Origin: Octopus sinensis
Taxonomy: Eukaryota
Assembly (NCBI RefSeq): GCF_006345805.1
Contig: NC_043014.1
Coordinates: forward strand, 5,642,001-5,706,000
DNA: 64,000 bases
Direction of reading: 5' to 3'
Shown: piece by piece, positions 25,671 through 40,145 of the stretch
How the letters are laid out: the number at the start of each line of letters is the position of its first letter
How positions within the stretch are numbered: position 1 is the first letter of the stretch
Position numbers and translations under genes: made by a program
Notes under the pieces: generated by a model
The model's database searches: none
What the model saw: only the letters and a program-made list of their open reading frames with translations
Told to the model about the DNA's origin: nothing

Positions 25671-25865
25671 CTCTTTTACTTGTTTCAGTCATTTGAATGT
25701 GGCCATGCTGGAGCAGCGCCTTTAGTCGATCGAGCAAATCGACCCCAGAATAAGCCTAGTACTAATTCTATCGGTCTCTTTTGGCGATACGCTAAGTTAC
25801 GGAACGTAAACACACCAGCATCGTTGTCAAGCGATGTTGGGGGGACAAACACAGACAAAACAAAT

Positions 25866-25911
<46 letters not shown>

Positions 25912-26171
25912 TATACATACATACATACATACATACATACGACAGGCTTCTTTCAGTTTCCGTCTACATTCGACTAAGAAATTCAAGGCAGTGCTCCAGC
26001 ACGGCCGCAGCCAAATGGCTGAAACAAGTAATAATATATATATAGATATATATATATATATATTATATATATAATATATATATATATTATCATACATATA
26101 TACATACTACATACATACATACATACATACCATACATATATATATATATATATATAATATATATATATATA

Positions 26172-26249
<78 letters not shown>

Positions 26250-26372
26250 TAGAAGGTGCAGGGAACAGGTCGTATGTGGAGACCCTTTGTAGAAAATAGA
26301 AATAAACAGTCTTGACTGCTATTTCTGATTTTTTCGGTATGTGGCTAAGCAACCTGTTGCCTGCATCTTCTA
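26250..26372. mobile_element. Small TIR-bounded (MITE-like) element in (TA)n
   Basis: tagaaggtgcagggaacagg versus cctgttgcctgcatcttcta, 18/20 inverted match. Confidence 0.45.
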
Positions 26373-26392
26373 TTTATATACAATATATATAT

Positions 26393-26429
<37 letters not shown>

Positions 26430-26471
26430 GTATATATATATATATATTATATATATATTATTTATATATAC

Positions 26472-27024
26472 GCGAGAAAGAAGCAACAAGAATGGATAGG
26501 TTTTTAGTAACAATCGTTTCATACAAGGACAGGCTTTATTAAAAGTTGTAAAAATTACAGCATATAAACGTGTCCCGTACTCATCACTAAAATACATGTG
26601 AGTTCTCTAGACTCCTAGTGGTTGAGGCTATACTCATGAAGTAATGTAGATAATTAAGTAACATAAACAGATTTCCAAAGTTCATTAAGTTCTTAAAGAT
26701 GATTACAGTCTTATCACAGATTTTAAAAAGTTTAATAGCATCACCTTCTCTGTGATGCTATTAAACTTTTTAAAATTCTGTGATAAGACTGTACATCATC
26801 TTTAAAGAACTTTAATGAACTTGTGGAATCTGTTATGTACTTAATTATCTACATTACTTCATGAGTATAGCCTCAACCACTAGGATGTCTAGAGAACTCA
26901 CATGTATTTTAGCTGATGAGTACGGGACACGTTTATATGCTGTAATTTTTACAACTTTTAATAAAGCCTGTCCTTCTATGAAACGATGTACTAAAACCTA
27001 TCCATTCTTGTTGCTTCTTCTCGC
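26472..27024. repeat. Fold-back palindrome, ~273-bp arms, 7-nt loop
   Basis: Arms 26472-26744 and 26752-27024, loop cttctct; differences are mostly 1-nt indels. Confidence 0.92.
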
Positions 27025-27139
27025 TTAATCACCCCACATTACTGTATTGTTAAAACAGTATAGTTTTTTTTGGTGCATCTAAGTTAGGTACCAATTTCAA
27101 GTAAATTCATTTAAATTACTTGAATCTTTATTGCTTTTG

Positions 27140-27173
<34 letters not shown>

Positions 27174-27305
27174 CTGAACTTTACAGAAGTTCCTGCCGTT
27201 AATGGTTATATTTACATGCCGAAATCTACCAGTAAATAATTGTTGGTTTTTTGAAAAACCATCGAAGAAATTATTTACTCTTATTATTATATTATATTAT
27301 ATTAT

Positions 27306-27360
<55 letters not shown>

Positions 27361-27461
27361 CTTACATATGTACATGTCTGTCTGTATGTATATATATGTG
27401 TGTGCGTGCATATATGCATGTATATATATATATGCATATATGTATATATGTGTATAAATAA

Positions 27462-27513
<52 letters not shown>

Positions 27514-27900
27514 TTGTGTGTATATATGTTTGTGTTTGTGTGTGAGTGTGGTCTGTGTCATACACACCACAAAAGAATATTCTACTATATATAATCTATA
27601 AACTGTGATCAACATTACGCTCACTATTTTGATTTACAGATTATTTTGAACTAGATATTATATCAAGTTTCCTTTATTGCTTTTCCTATTTCTGATAATA
27701 TCGCAGAACGCACATTCAATCCCAAACGAAATGATTTATTAAGATTTCAAAGGGAAACGACGTAAATTTGTATGCTTTTCTCAAATTTGTTTTTTTATGA
27801 GAATTGTTGACCAAACTTACGTAAATAGGGACTGCGTCGTATATTCTTATTAAATTGATGTGTGCATGTGTTATGTAAGTGCGTTGGTTTGTGTGTGTGT

Positions 27901-27939
<39 letters not shown>

Positions 27940-29001
27940 GTGTGCGTGCACGTCTGTGCTAACATCTCGGTTCTTGCTGCTAACATGCAAATCCGTACAA
28001 CTTATTTCAAAGGTGATTGACAAATGAAAGACCAGCCTTTTTAGCAACCTCCTGGGACCGAAGCGAGTCAATTGAGACAAATGTTTTTGTTTGTTTTTAT
28101 TTTTTTATTTTAAAGAAGAAAAAAAAAACAACAAAGTGAAATGAGAAGAAACATTTATTGACGAATAAATAAATTAATTAGTGGAGGCGCAATGGCCCAG
28201 TGTTTAGGGCGGCGGACTCGCGGTCGTAGGATCGCGGTTTCGATTCCCAGACCGGGCGTTGTGAGTGTTTATTGAGCGAAAACACCTAAAAGCTCCACGA
28301 GGCTCCGGCAGGGTTGGTCGCGATCTCTGCTGTACTCTTTTACCACAACTTTCTCTCACTCTTACTTCCTGTTTCTGTTGTACCTGTATTTCAAGGGGCC
28401 GGCCTTGTCACTCTCTGTGTCACGCTGAATATCCCCGAGAACTACGTTAAGGGTACACGTGTCTATGGAGTGCTCGGCCACTTACACGTTAATTTCACGA
28501 GCAGGCTGTTCCGTTGATCGGATCAACCGGAACCCTCGTCGTCGTAACCGACGGAGTGCCTCAAAAAAAAAAAAAAAAAAAAAAATTAATTAATTATTTT
28601 ATCTGAAGTAGCTGCCATTATTTGTTTGCAGTTAAAAGAAATTAGTCCTTATATAACGAAACAAAATCAGATATGAAATCTACGAGCAGAATTAATTATA
28701 CATATTGTTCTTTTTCAGATTTCACATATTTTTGTAATTTTGTCTGATAGCACGTGCATCGATTTTTTTTTTCTTTGGTAATTTCCTTGTATGTTGATGG
28801 CCATGCAGAAAATTACCACAAAGCTCCTCAACTTTTGTCTAAGTTCTCGCCGACTAACGTTTGATGTGTATACACTTTTGTATATTGTCCAACTGTTTAT
28901 GAGGGTTCTAAATTACTGTAAAAAGTTAGGGTTAGGGTTAGGGTTATTGTAAAAACAAAAAACATGCATGGGGCACGACATAATATGATATTTCTAAGTT
29001 G

Positions 29002-31415
29002 AGGCGGCGAGCTTGGCAGAAACGTTAGCACACGGGCGAAATGCTTAGCGGTATTGCGTCTGTCGTTGCGTCTGAGTTCAAATTCCGCCGAAGTCGACTT
29101 CGCCTTTCATCCTTTCGGGCGTAAGTAAGTACAGTTTACGCACTGGGGTCGATGTAATCGACTTAATCCGTTGTTGTCCTGTTTGTCCCCTCTGTGTGCC
29201 CTTGTGGGTAGTAAAGAAATAAGTATTCATCTGAGTTCAAATTCCGCCGAGGTCGACTTTGCCTTTCACCTTCGGGTATAAATTAAGTACCAGTTACGCA
29301 CTGGGATCGATGTAATCGACTTAATCCGTTTGCTGTCCTTGTTTGTCCCTCTGTGTTTAGCCCTTGTGGGCAATAAAGAAATAAGTATTTCGTCTGAGTT
29401 CAAATTCCGCCGAGGTCGACTTTGCCTTTCATCCTTTCGAGGTCGATAAATTAAGTACCAGTTACGCACTGGGATCGATGTAATCGACTTAATCCGTTTG
29501 TCTATCCTTGTTTGTCCCCTCTGTGTTTAGCCCTTGTGGGGTAGTAAGAAATAAGTATTTCGTCTGAGTTCAAATTCCGCCGAGGTCGACTTTGCCTTTC
29601 ATCCTTTCGAGGTCGATAAATTAAGTACCAGTTACGCACTGGGATCGATGTAATCGACTTAATCCGTTTGTCTATCCTTGTTTGTCCCCTCTGTGTTTAG
29701 CCCCTTGTGGGCAATAAAGAAATAAGTATTTCGTCTGAGTTCAAATTCCGCCGAGGTCGACTTTGCCTTTCATCCTTTCGGGGTCGATAAATTAAGTACC
29801 AGTTACGCACTGGGATCGATGTAATCGACTTAATCCGTTTGTCTATCCTTGTTTGTCCCCTCTGTGTTTAGCCCCCTGTGGGCAATAAAGAAATAAGTAT
29901 TTCGTCTGAGTTCAAATTCCGCCGAGGTCGACTTTGCCTTTCATCCTTTCGGGGTCGATAAATTAAGTACCAGTTACGCACTGGGATCGATGTAATCGAC
30001 TTAATCCGTTTGTCTATCCTTGTTTGTCCCCTCTGTGTTTAGCCCCTTGTGGGTAGTAAAGAAATAAGTATTTCGTCTGAGTTCAAATTCCGCCGAGGTC
30101 GACTTTGCCTTTCATCCTTTCGAGGTCGATAAATTAAGTACCAGTTACGCACTGGGATCGATGTAATGACTTAATCCGTTTGTCTGACCTTGTTTGTCCC
30201 ATCTGTGTTTAGCCCTTGTGGGTAGTTAAAGAATAAGTATTTCGTCTGAGTTCAAATTCCGCGAGGTCGACTTTGCCTTTCATCTTTCGAGGTCGATAAA
30301 TTAAGTACCAGTTACGCACTGGGATCGATGTAATCGACTTAATCCGTTTGTCTATCCTTGTTTGTCCCCTCTGTGTTTAGCCCCTTGTGGGTAGTAAAGA
30401 AATAAGTATTTCGTCTGAGTTCAAATTCCGCCGAGGTCGACTTTGCCTTTCATCCTTTCGAGGTCGATAAATTAAGTACCAGTTACGCACTGGGATCGAT
30501 GTAATCGACTTATCCGTTTGTCTATCCTTGTTGTCCCCCTCTGTGTTAGCCCCTGTGGGCAATAAAGAAATAAGTATTTCGTCTGAGTTCAAATTCCGCC
30601 GAGGTCGACTTTGCCTTTCATCCTTTCGGGGTCGATATAATTAAGTACCAGTACGCACTGGGATCGATGTAATCGACTTAATCCGTTTGTCTATCCTGTT
30701 TGTCCCCTCTGTTGTTTAGCCCTTGTGGGTAGTAAACAAATAAGTATTTCGTCTGAGTTCAAATTCCGCCGAGGTCGACTTTGCCTTTCATCCTTTCGGG
30801 GTCGATAAATTAAGTACCAGTTACGCACTGGGATCGAGTAATCGACTTAATCGTTTGTCTGTCTTGTTTGTCCCCTCTGTGTTTAAGCCCTTGTGGGGCA
30901 ATAAGAAATAAGTATTTCGTCTGAGTTCAAATTCCGCCGAGGTCGACTTGCCTTTATCCTTTCGGGGTCGATAAATTAAGTACCAGTTACGCACTGGGAT
31001 CGATGTAATCGACTAATCCGTTTGTCGTCCTTGTTTGTCCCCTCTGTGTTTAGCCCTTGTGGGCAATAAAGAAATAAGTATTTCGTCTGAGTTCAAATTC
31101 CGCGAGGTCGACTTTGCCTTTCATCCTTTCGGGTCGATAAATTAAATACCAGTTACGCACTGGGATCGATGTAATCGACTTAATCCGTTTGTATCCTTGT
31201 TTGTCCCCTCTGTGTTTAGCCCCTGTGGGCCAATAAAGAAATAAGTATTTCGTGAGTTCAAATTCCGCCGAGGTCGACTTTGCCTTTCATCCTTTCGAGG
31301 TCGATAAATTAAGTACCAGTTACGCACTGGGGTCGATGTAATAATCGACTTAATCCGTTTGTCTGTTCTTGTTTGTCCCCTCTGTGTTTAGCCCCTTGTG
31401 GGTAGTAAAGAAACA
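29002..31415 (+). repeat. SINE-A-derived tandem array: one full SINE plus 13 ~171-bp 3' modules, flanked by a 15-bp TSD
   Basis: TSD gatatttctaagttg at 28987-29001 and 31416-31430. Module starts at ~29223, 29386, 29556, 29727, 29898, 30069, 30238, 30407, 30575, 30745, 30913, 31079, 31246. Confidence 0.93.
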
Positions 31416-31739
31416 GATATTTCTAAGTTGTTCTAATATTTAGGACTCTGGACATGTCAATTTCTATGAGAAAATATTGTTACAACGTAATTACTAAATC
31501 TGAAAATACAGAAAAAAGCATAGTAACTCTCTCTTTTACTCTTTTACTTGTTTCTGTCATTTGACTGCGGTCATGCTGGAGCACCGCCTTTAGTCGAGCA
31601 AATCGACCCCGGGACTTATTCTTTGTAAGCCCAGTACTTATTCTGTCGGTCTCTTTTGCCGAACCGCTAAGTGACGGGGACGTAAACACACCAGCATCGG
31701 TTGTCAAGCAATGCTAGGGGGACAAACACAGACACACAA

Positions 31740-31790
<51 letters not shown>

Positions 31791-32413
31791 TACAACAGGC
31801 TTCTTTCAGTTTCCGTCTACCAAATCCACTCACAAGGCATTGGTCGGCCCGGGGATATAGCAGAAGACACTTGCCCAAGATGCCACGCAGTGGGACTGAA
31901 CCCGGAACCATGTGGTTGGTTAGCAAGCAACTATTCATGTATATAAAAAAACCCATACACTACCTACAAAGACCACAAGCGTCAAATGACGTACGACGAG
32001 GCTTTGGTATTTGCCCACCATTTTACGTTTATTTTTGTCCACCATTTCTAATACGTTAGAAAGTTTTTCGCTGTTGTTTGAAAACATGTTTGATTTTCGT
32101 TTGCTTTCTCGCTCGCTCTAATACACCCCTTTACCATTAGTGAGATGAGTGTAAACGTTGTACTGGCAGGTTTTGGCCTATATATTTATTTATATTTGTC
32201 TGCAAAGCTAGAATCCATACACCATGAAATAAATATCAACAAGGTGCAGGATTGGCTGTGTGGTAAGTAGCTTGCTTACCAACCACATGGTTCCGGGTTC
32301 AGTCCCACCGCGTGGTACCTTGGGCAAGTGTCTTCTACTATAGCCTCGGGCCAATCAATGCCTTGTGAGTGGATTTGGTAGACGGAAACTGAAAGAAGCC
32401 CGTCGTATATATG

Positions 32414-32444
<31 letters not shown>

Positions 32445-32679
32445 TTGTGTGTCTGTGTTTGTCCCCCTTGCATTGCTTTACAACCGATGCTGGTGTGTTT
32501 ATGTCCCCGTCACCTAGCGGTTCGGCAAAAAGAGACCGATAGAATAAGTACTGGGCTTACAAAAGAATAAGTCCCGGGGTCGAGTTGCTCGATTAAAGGC
32601 TGTGCTCCAGCATGGCCGCATTGAAAATGACTGACACAAGTAAAAGAGTTAAAGAGTATAAAGAGAGAGTCAGTCGGAA

Positions 32680-32960
32680 ATACGTAGCAAAGGGACACTG
32701 GTTTCACTGATCCAGGCATATATCAAACTTGGTTCAGTCATTTACAATGATTCTTAGGCTGCCTACGATAATTGAACGTGTTTGGGCTATCACTATTACG
32801 TGATAAACCATTCTGGAAATATTATTGATCAAATACATACACAAAACATTGAACGCTTCTGGAGGGACATAAAAGAATTAATAAGAAGGCCAAGTATTCG
32901 GTTAAAATATTGGCATCAACACCGGGCCAGGGGCCATATATTAATTAATTTCCTCACAGA
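32680..32960 (+). pseudogene. Merlin (IS1016/ISXO2-like) transposase relic
   Basis: LVSLIQAYIKLGSVIYNDS*AAY..LGYHYYVINHSGNIIDQIHTQNIERFWRDIK matches the SD.W.AY..GY.H..VNHS..HTQxIExxW motifs. Confidence 0.75.
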
Positions 32961-33212
32961 GGGATCGGAGATGATTTATTTCCTTACAACTCACTACCCA
33001 GAAAGGGGCTAAACACAGAGAGGACAGACAAACAAACAGATTAAGTCGATTACATCGACCCCAGTGCGTAACTGGTACTTAGATTATCGACACCAAAAGG
33101 ATGAAAGGCAAGTCGACCTCGGCGGAATTTGAACTCAGAACGTAACGACAGACGAAATACCGCTAAGCATTCCGCCCGGCACGCACGCAAATGTGTCTAC
33201 CAGCTCGCCTTA

Positions 33213-33275
<63 letters not shown>

Positions 33276-33300
33276 CACACACACACACACACACATATAT

Positions 33301-33345
<45 letters not shown>

Positions 33346-33350
33346 TATAT

Positions 33351-33381
<31 letters not shown>

Positions 33382-33991
33382 TATATGTGTGTGTGTATAT
33401 ATATATATATATAGATATATAATATATATACACACACACACAATATATATATATATATATATATATGAATATATCTATATATATATATATTTATATTAAA
33501 TATATATTATATATATATATAATATATATATACATATATATACATATATATACATATATATACTATATATTATATATATATATAATATATATATGTATTA
33601 TATATATATGTATAAATATATTATACCATAAAATATATATACATAAAATCTATATGTATATAATAATATATTTATGTGTGTGTTACCAAAAGGATTGAGT
33701 AACCCATCAGTTTAATGTAAATTATTTTTACTATAATATAATAACATTCATATATATATGTTGATTCGCTAGCTTTTGCACGCATATTTTTCTCTCTCCT
33801 TTCTGTGTTTTTTTTTCTCTGTGTATCTTTCTGTTGAAGAGCGTAGGGTCGAAACGTTAAAGACTTGTTTCATTTATATTTCCTGAGCGCCATACTAATA
33901 CAATTGTTTGTTTGTATTCCACCTGCCTTCGTCTTTTGTTTATTTCCGTAAACCTGCCTTCGTATTTTGTCTATGTTCATAAAGCTTACCG

Positions 33992-34037
<46 letters not shown>

Positions 34038-35082
34038 GATATATATATATATATATATATTTTATGTATATTTATGTATATGTAAAAAATACAAACTGGG
34101 ACAAGAACGCAAAACATTTAGAAGACGATACAAAAAAACACGGGCGGGACATTCGAAGCCTTCAATCTTCAGTCAAGAACCGGATCATCCTCGCAATTTC
34201 GGCTGATTAATCTTGAGATCGCTCCGATCCGGCCAGCCCTAAGGAAAGACTAAGCTACGAGCATTAGATTTCTTGGAAGAAAGCCTCGAATGTATACGAA
34301 AGAGGGACAGATAAAAACGGACGATGCCACACGAATATAAAATACAAAAAGCAATAATAGTAATAATAACAGGACAAAAACAACGGGTGTCTTTCGACTT
34401 TAGACTGTTCAACTTAGCTTAGCTGGCGTATTTGGAAAATAATGCCTTACGGCATACACACACACACACATGTATATATATATATAGATAATCCAAACAA
34501 GAAAACACAGAAAAAAACAGCAACGTGAGGACGTGGAACAATTAAAGTATTATTTGACGCTCATATGTATATGTATATATATAAATATATATATATATAC
34601 ATACATACATATATATATATGTGTATACATACATATATATATATATATATATGCATATACATACATATATATATATATATACATACATAGATATATATAT
34701 ATAATATATATATATATACATACATACATATATATATTGTGTATACATACATATATATAATATATATATATGCATATACATACCAATATAATATATATAT
34801 ATACATATATATATATTGTATACATACATATATATATATATATATGCATATACAACATATATATATATATATACATACATAGATATATATATATATAAAC
34901 ATACATAATCACACACAAACACATATATATATATATATATTAATTATATATTATATATATATATAACATATATACATACATATAAGTATATATATATATA
35001 TAACATACATATCTATATATATATATGTATATAGATATATATATATATATATATACATATATACATATATACATACATATAA

Positions 35083-35118
<36 letters not shown>

Positions 35119-35154
35119 CATATAAGTTATTTATATATATATACATATATATAT

Positions 35155-35853
35155 ATGCACATGTGTGACAATCTGTGATTTCGGGTTCACTCCCACGCCT
35201 GACACCACGGGCAAGTGTCTTCTACTATACCTATATATTCCTGTATTGTGTCTATTCTTCCTCCACCCCTACCCAACGCTCACACAATCGCTTGACAAAC
35301 GATTTTGCTGTGTTTACGTCCTCGTAACTTAGCGGTTCGGCTAAAGAGATCGATAGAATATGTACTGGCTTACAAACAATGAAGTCCTGGCGGGGTCGAT
35401 TTGTTTCGACTGAAGGCGGTGCTCCAGCATGGCCACGGTCAAATGATTGTAACAAGTCAAAGATAGACGAATCCTGGAAGCTCGCTTCGCCTAAAATCTT
35501 CTGTACAAAATATAAAACCAATAGGATCTAGATGCATACCAGGGCGCGTACTTATCACGTCTCAAGTATATTATTAGATGTAGCAACTATTTATTTATTA
35601 CCCACAAGGGTAACACAGAGGGGACAAAAAGGACAGACATCGTATTAAGTCGATTACATCGACCCCAGTGCGTAAACTGGTACTTAATTGATCGACTCCG
35701 AAAGGATGAAGGCAAACTTCGACCTCGGCGGAATTTGAATCACAACGAACGGCAGACGAAATACCGCTAGCATTTCGCCGACGTGCTAACGTTTCTGCAC
35801 CATTCGCCGCCTTTCCTATTGATGTAGTACATCGAATAAAAGACACACACACT

Positions 35854-35884
<31 letters not shown>

Positions 35885-36652
35885 CACACACACACACATA
35901 TATATATATATAATAAATGCACCGTTTTAAATCCTAGCCAGGGTCATGGGCCCGGTTTCCCGGTTTCTGTGGCGTATGTGCGCCCCCCCCCCCAACTGGA
36001 GGGAGACGCCGGTCCATCGAAGTGTTACTCACTTTTGCCAGCTGAGTGGACTGGAGCAGGGTGAAATGAAGTGTTTTACTCAAGAATACAACTTAAAACA
36101 CCTTTTATCAATTCAAAATGAACAATTAAATTACACATTCTAGAAAATTTTTCATTTTGAATTGCTAAAAGGTGGTTTTTTTCTAATTTTTGATATATAT
36201 ATTATATTGTGTGGAGGCCCAATGGCCCAGTGGTTAGGGCAGCGGACTGGCGGTCGGAGGATCGCGGTTTCGATTCCAGTCCGGGCGTGTGTGTGTGTTT
36301 ATTGAACGAAAACACCTAAAAAGCTCCACGAACCTCCGGCAGGGGGTGGCGATCCCTGCTGTACCCTTTCACCACTCTTTCTCCCACTCTTTCTTCTGTT
36401 GGCCTGCTCGATTAGCCAGCGGGGTGGCGTCGTTCGAAGGCAAAAACAATGCGAACGCATTGTGACCAGCGATGTGTAACAACATCTGATGGTCTGGTCG
36501 GTCACGTGATCACGTGATATTATATTGTGTAAAATTTGATTTAGTATTTCTAAATTGTGTTTTTTTGTTTGTAAGTTTTGGAATTCACTCCTCAAATAAT
36601 ATGAGTATCTCATCAGTTACTATAATATCAAAAAACATTCATATATATTATA

Positions 36653-36704
<52 letters not shown>

Positions 36705-37158
36705 CCACCACACCTACCGGAGCCTCGTGGAGCTTTAGGTGTTTTCGCTCAATAAACACTCACAAAACCCGGTCTCAGAATCGAAACCGCGATTCTACAA
36801 TAACGAGTCCGCCGCCCTAATATATATATATATATATATATATATGTAAATGTAAACATATATATGAAGGTGATATCATTGTTTAAGTGTGAATGTGTGT
36901 GGGTGTGTCTATTAGATGATAGCGTCAAATCATCTGCATCCAATGATAAGCATTAGCGTTACTTAGTACACGCCCACACTGTGTAGCCTTAATATCATTG
37001 GTTTAGAAACGAACAATTCGATTTTGGGCGGGGCAAGTTTCTGGCATAAATACGTAAATATATAAAAGTATGTCTAGGAAAGTCATTCATTAGTCTCCGG
37101 CATAAGTCGACACAGACACAAGGTGCGAGATCGCGCGCGCACATACACCCCCTCTCTA

Positions 37159-37190
<32 letters not shown>

Positions 37191-37200
37191 TCTCTATCTA

Positions 37201-37232
<32 letters not shown>

Positions 37233-37964
37233 ACACACACAGACAGACAGATTACTTCCTATCTACATGTTACAAGAGACGTTAAGGCGACTATAGTAAA
37301 CAATCAATATGAAACTGCCTAAGAGCATATATATATATATATATATAGATCAAAATAAAATAAAAACATGATGCGAAGGATTCAGCGGTACATATGTTTC
37401 GGGCCTTTATTAGACAGATTTATAACAATGCATAATGTATGTCTGTGGCCTTCTTCAGCCGCGCACAACAGGTTCCACAAGGACATGTGTTACATCAAAT
37501 ATTCTTGGTTGGGGATGCAAATCCTCTCATTCGCGTGCGACATAATGCGGCAGCAGCATAGAATTGAAGCGTCCATCTCTTTCTTCTCTCAATGTAGAAT
37601 ATTCTACATTGAGAGAAGAAAGAGATGGACGCTTCAATTCTATGCTGCTGCCGCATTATGTCGCACGCGAATGAGAGGATTTGCATCCCCAACAGAATAT
37701 TTGATGTAACACATGTCCTTGTGGAAAGTTGTGCCCGGCTGAAGAAGGCCACAGACATACATTATGCATTGTTATAAATCTGTCTAATAAAGGCCCGAAA
37801 CATATGTACCGCTGAATCCTTCGCATCATGTTTTTATTTTATTTTGATCTATATATATATATATATATATGCTCTTAGGCAGTTTCATATTGATTGTTTA
37901 CTATAGTCGCCTTAACGTCTCTTGTAACATGTAGATAGGAAGTAATCTGTCTGTCTGTGTGTGT

Positions 37965-37996
<32 letters not shown>

Positions 37997-38006
37997 TAGA
38001 TAGAGA

Positions 38007-38038
<32 letters not shown>

Positions 38039-39285
38039 TAGAGAGGGGGTGTATGTGCGCGCGCGATCTCGCCTTGTGTCTGTGTCGACTTATGCCGGAG
38101 ACTAATGAATGACTTTCCTAGACATACTTTTATATATTTACGTATTTATGCCAGAAACTTGCCCCGCCCAAAATCGAATGTTCGTTTCTAAAACCAATGA
38201 TATTAAGGCTACACAGTGTGGGCGTGTACTAAGTAACGCTAATGCTTATCATTGGATGCAGATGATTTGACGCTATCATCTAATAGACACACCCACACAC
38301 ATTCACACTAACAATGATATCACCTTCATATATATGTTTACATTTACATATATATATATATATTAATATAGGGGCGGGGACTCGTTATTGTAGAATCGCG
38401 GTTTCGATTCTGAGACCGGGTTTGTGAGTGTTTATTGAGCGAAAACACCTAAAGCTCCACGAGGCTCCGGTAGGTGTGGTGGCGATATATATATATTATA
38501 TTATATATATATATATATATATATAATATAATATATTATATATATATATATATGAATTGTGTTTTTATATTATAGTAACTGATGAGATACTCATATTATT
38601 TGAGGGAGTGAATTCCAAAACTTACAAACAAAAAAACACAATTTAGAAATACTAAATCAAATTTTACACAATATAATATCACGTGATCACGTGACCGACC
38701 AGACCATCAGATGTTGTTACACATCGCTGGTCACAATGCGTTCGCATTGTTTTTGCCTTCGAACGACGCCACCCCGCTGGCTAATCGAGCAGGCCAACTG
38801 AAGAAAGAGTGGGAGAAAGAGTGGTGAAAGGGTACAGCAGGGATCGCCACCCCCTGCCGGAGGTTCGTGGAGCTTTTTAGGTGTTTTCGTTCAATAAACA
38901 CACACAACGCCCGGACTGGGAATCGAAACCGCGATCCTCCGACCGCCAGTCCGCTGCCCTAACCACTGGGCCATTGGGCCTCCACACAATATAATATATA
39001 TATCAAAAATTAGAAAAAAACCACCTTTTAGCAATTCAAAATGAAAAATTTTCTAGAATGTGTAATTTAATTGTTCATTTTGAATTGATAAAAGGTGTTT
39101 TAAGTTGTGTTCTTGAGCAAAACACTTCATTTCACGTTGCTCCAGTCCACTCAGCTGGCAAAAATGAGTAACGCTGCGATGGACTGGCGTCCCCTCCAGT
39201 TGGGGGGGGGGCGCACATACGCCACAGAAACCGGGAAACCGGGCCCATGACCCTGGCTAGGATTTAAAACGGTGCATTTATTATA

Positions 39286-39330
<45 letters not shown>

Positions 39331-40078
39331 CTCTGTCTTTGTTGATGATATAATTTGTCGTGTGTGTGTGTGTGTGTGCTTTTATTCGATGGTACTACAT
39401 CTAATAGGAAAGGCGGCGAGATGGCAGAAACGTTAGCACGTCGGGCGAAATGCTTAGCGGTATTTCGTCTGCCGTTACGTTGTGAGTTCAAATTCCGCCG
39501 AGGTCGAGTTTGCCCTTCATCCTTTCGGGGTCGATAAATTAAGTACCAGTTACGCACTGGGGTCGATGTAATCGACTTAATACCGATGTCTGTCCTTTTT
39601 TGTCCCCTCTGTGTTTAGCCCCTTGTGGGTAATAAATAAATAGGTGCTACATCTAATAATATACTTGAGACGTGATAAGTACGCGCCCGTATGCAGCATA
39701 GATCCTATTGGTTTATATTTTGTACAAGAAGATTTTAGGCGAAGCGAGCTTCCAGGATTCGTCTATTCTTTGACTTGTTACAATCATTTGACTGTGGCCA
39801 TGCTGGAGCACCGCCTTCAGTCGAAACAAATCGACCCCGCCAGGACTTATTGTTTGTAAGCCTAGTACATATTCTATCGATCTCTTTAGCCGAACCGCTA
39901 AGTTACGAGGACGTAAACACAGCAAAATCGTTTGTCAAGCGATTGTGTGAGCGTTGGGTAGGGGTGGAGGAAGAACATAGACACAAATACAGGAATATAT
40001 AGGTATAGTAGAAGACACTTGCCCGTGGTGTCAGGCGGTGGGAGTGAACCCGAAATCACATGATTGTCACACACGTGC

Positions 40079-40080
<2 letters not shown>
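35155..40080. repeat. Giant spacer-less palindrome, ~2.45-kb arms, axis between 37600 and 37601
   Basis: Centre aatgtagaat|attctacatt. SINEs, microsatellites and unique DNA are mirrored; arms differ mostly by small indels. Confidence 0.93.

Positions 40081-40145
<65 letters not shown>

Noticed and set aside
28926-28946. Interstitial telomere (TTAGGG)3
   Set aside because: Too short; such runs occur inside ordinary repeats.
29002-31415. CRISPR-like array
   Set aside because: No unique spacers and no cas genes; monomers are SINE 3' halves in a eukaryotic context.
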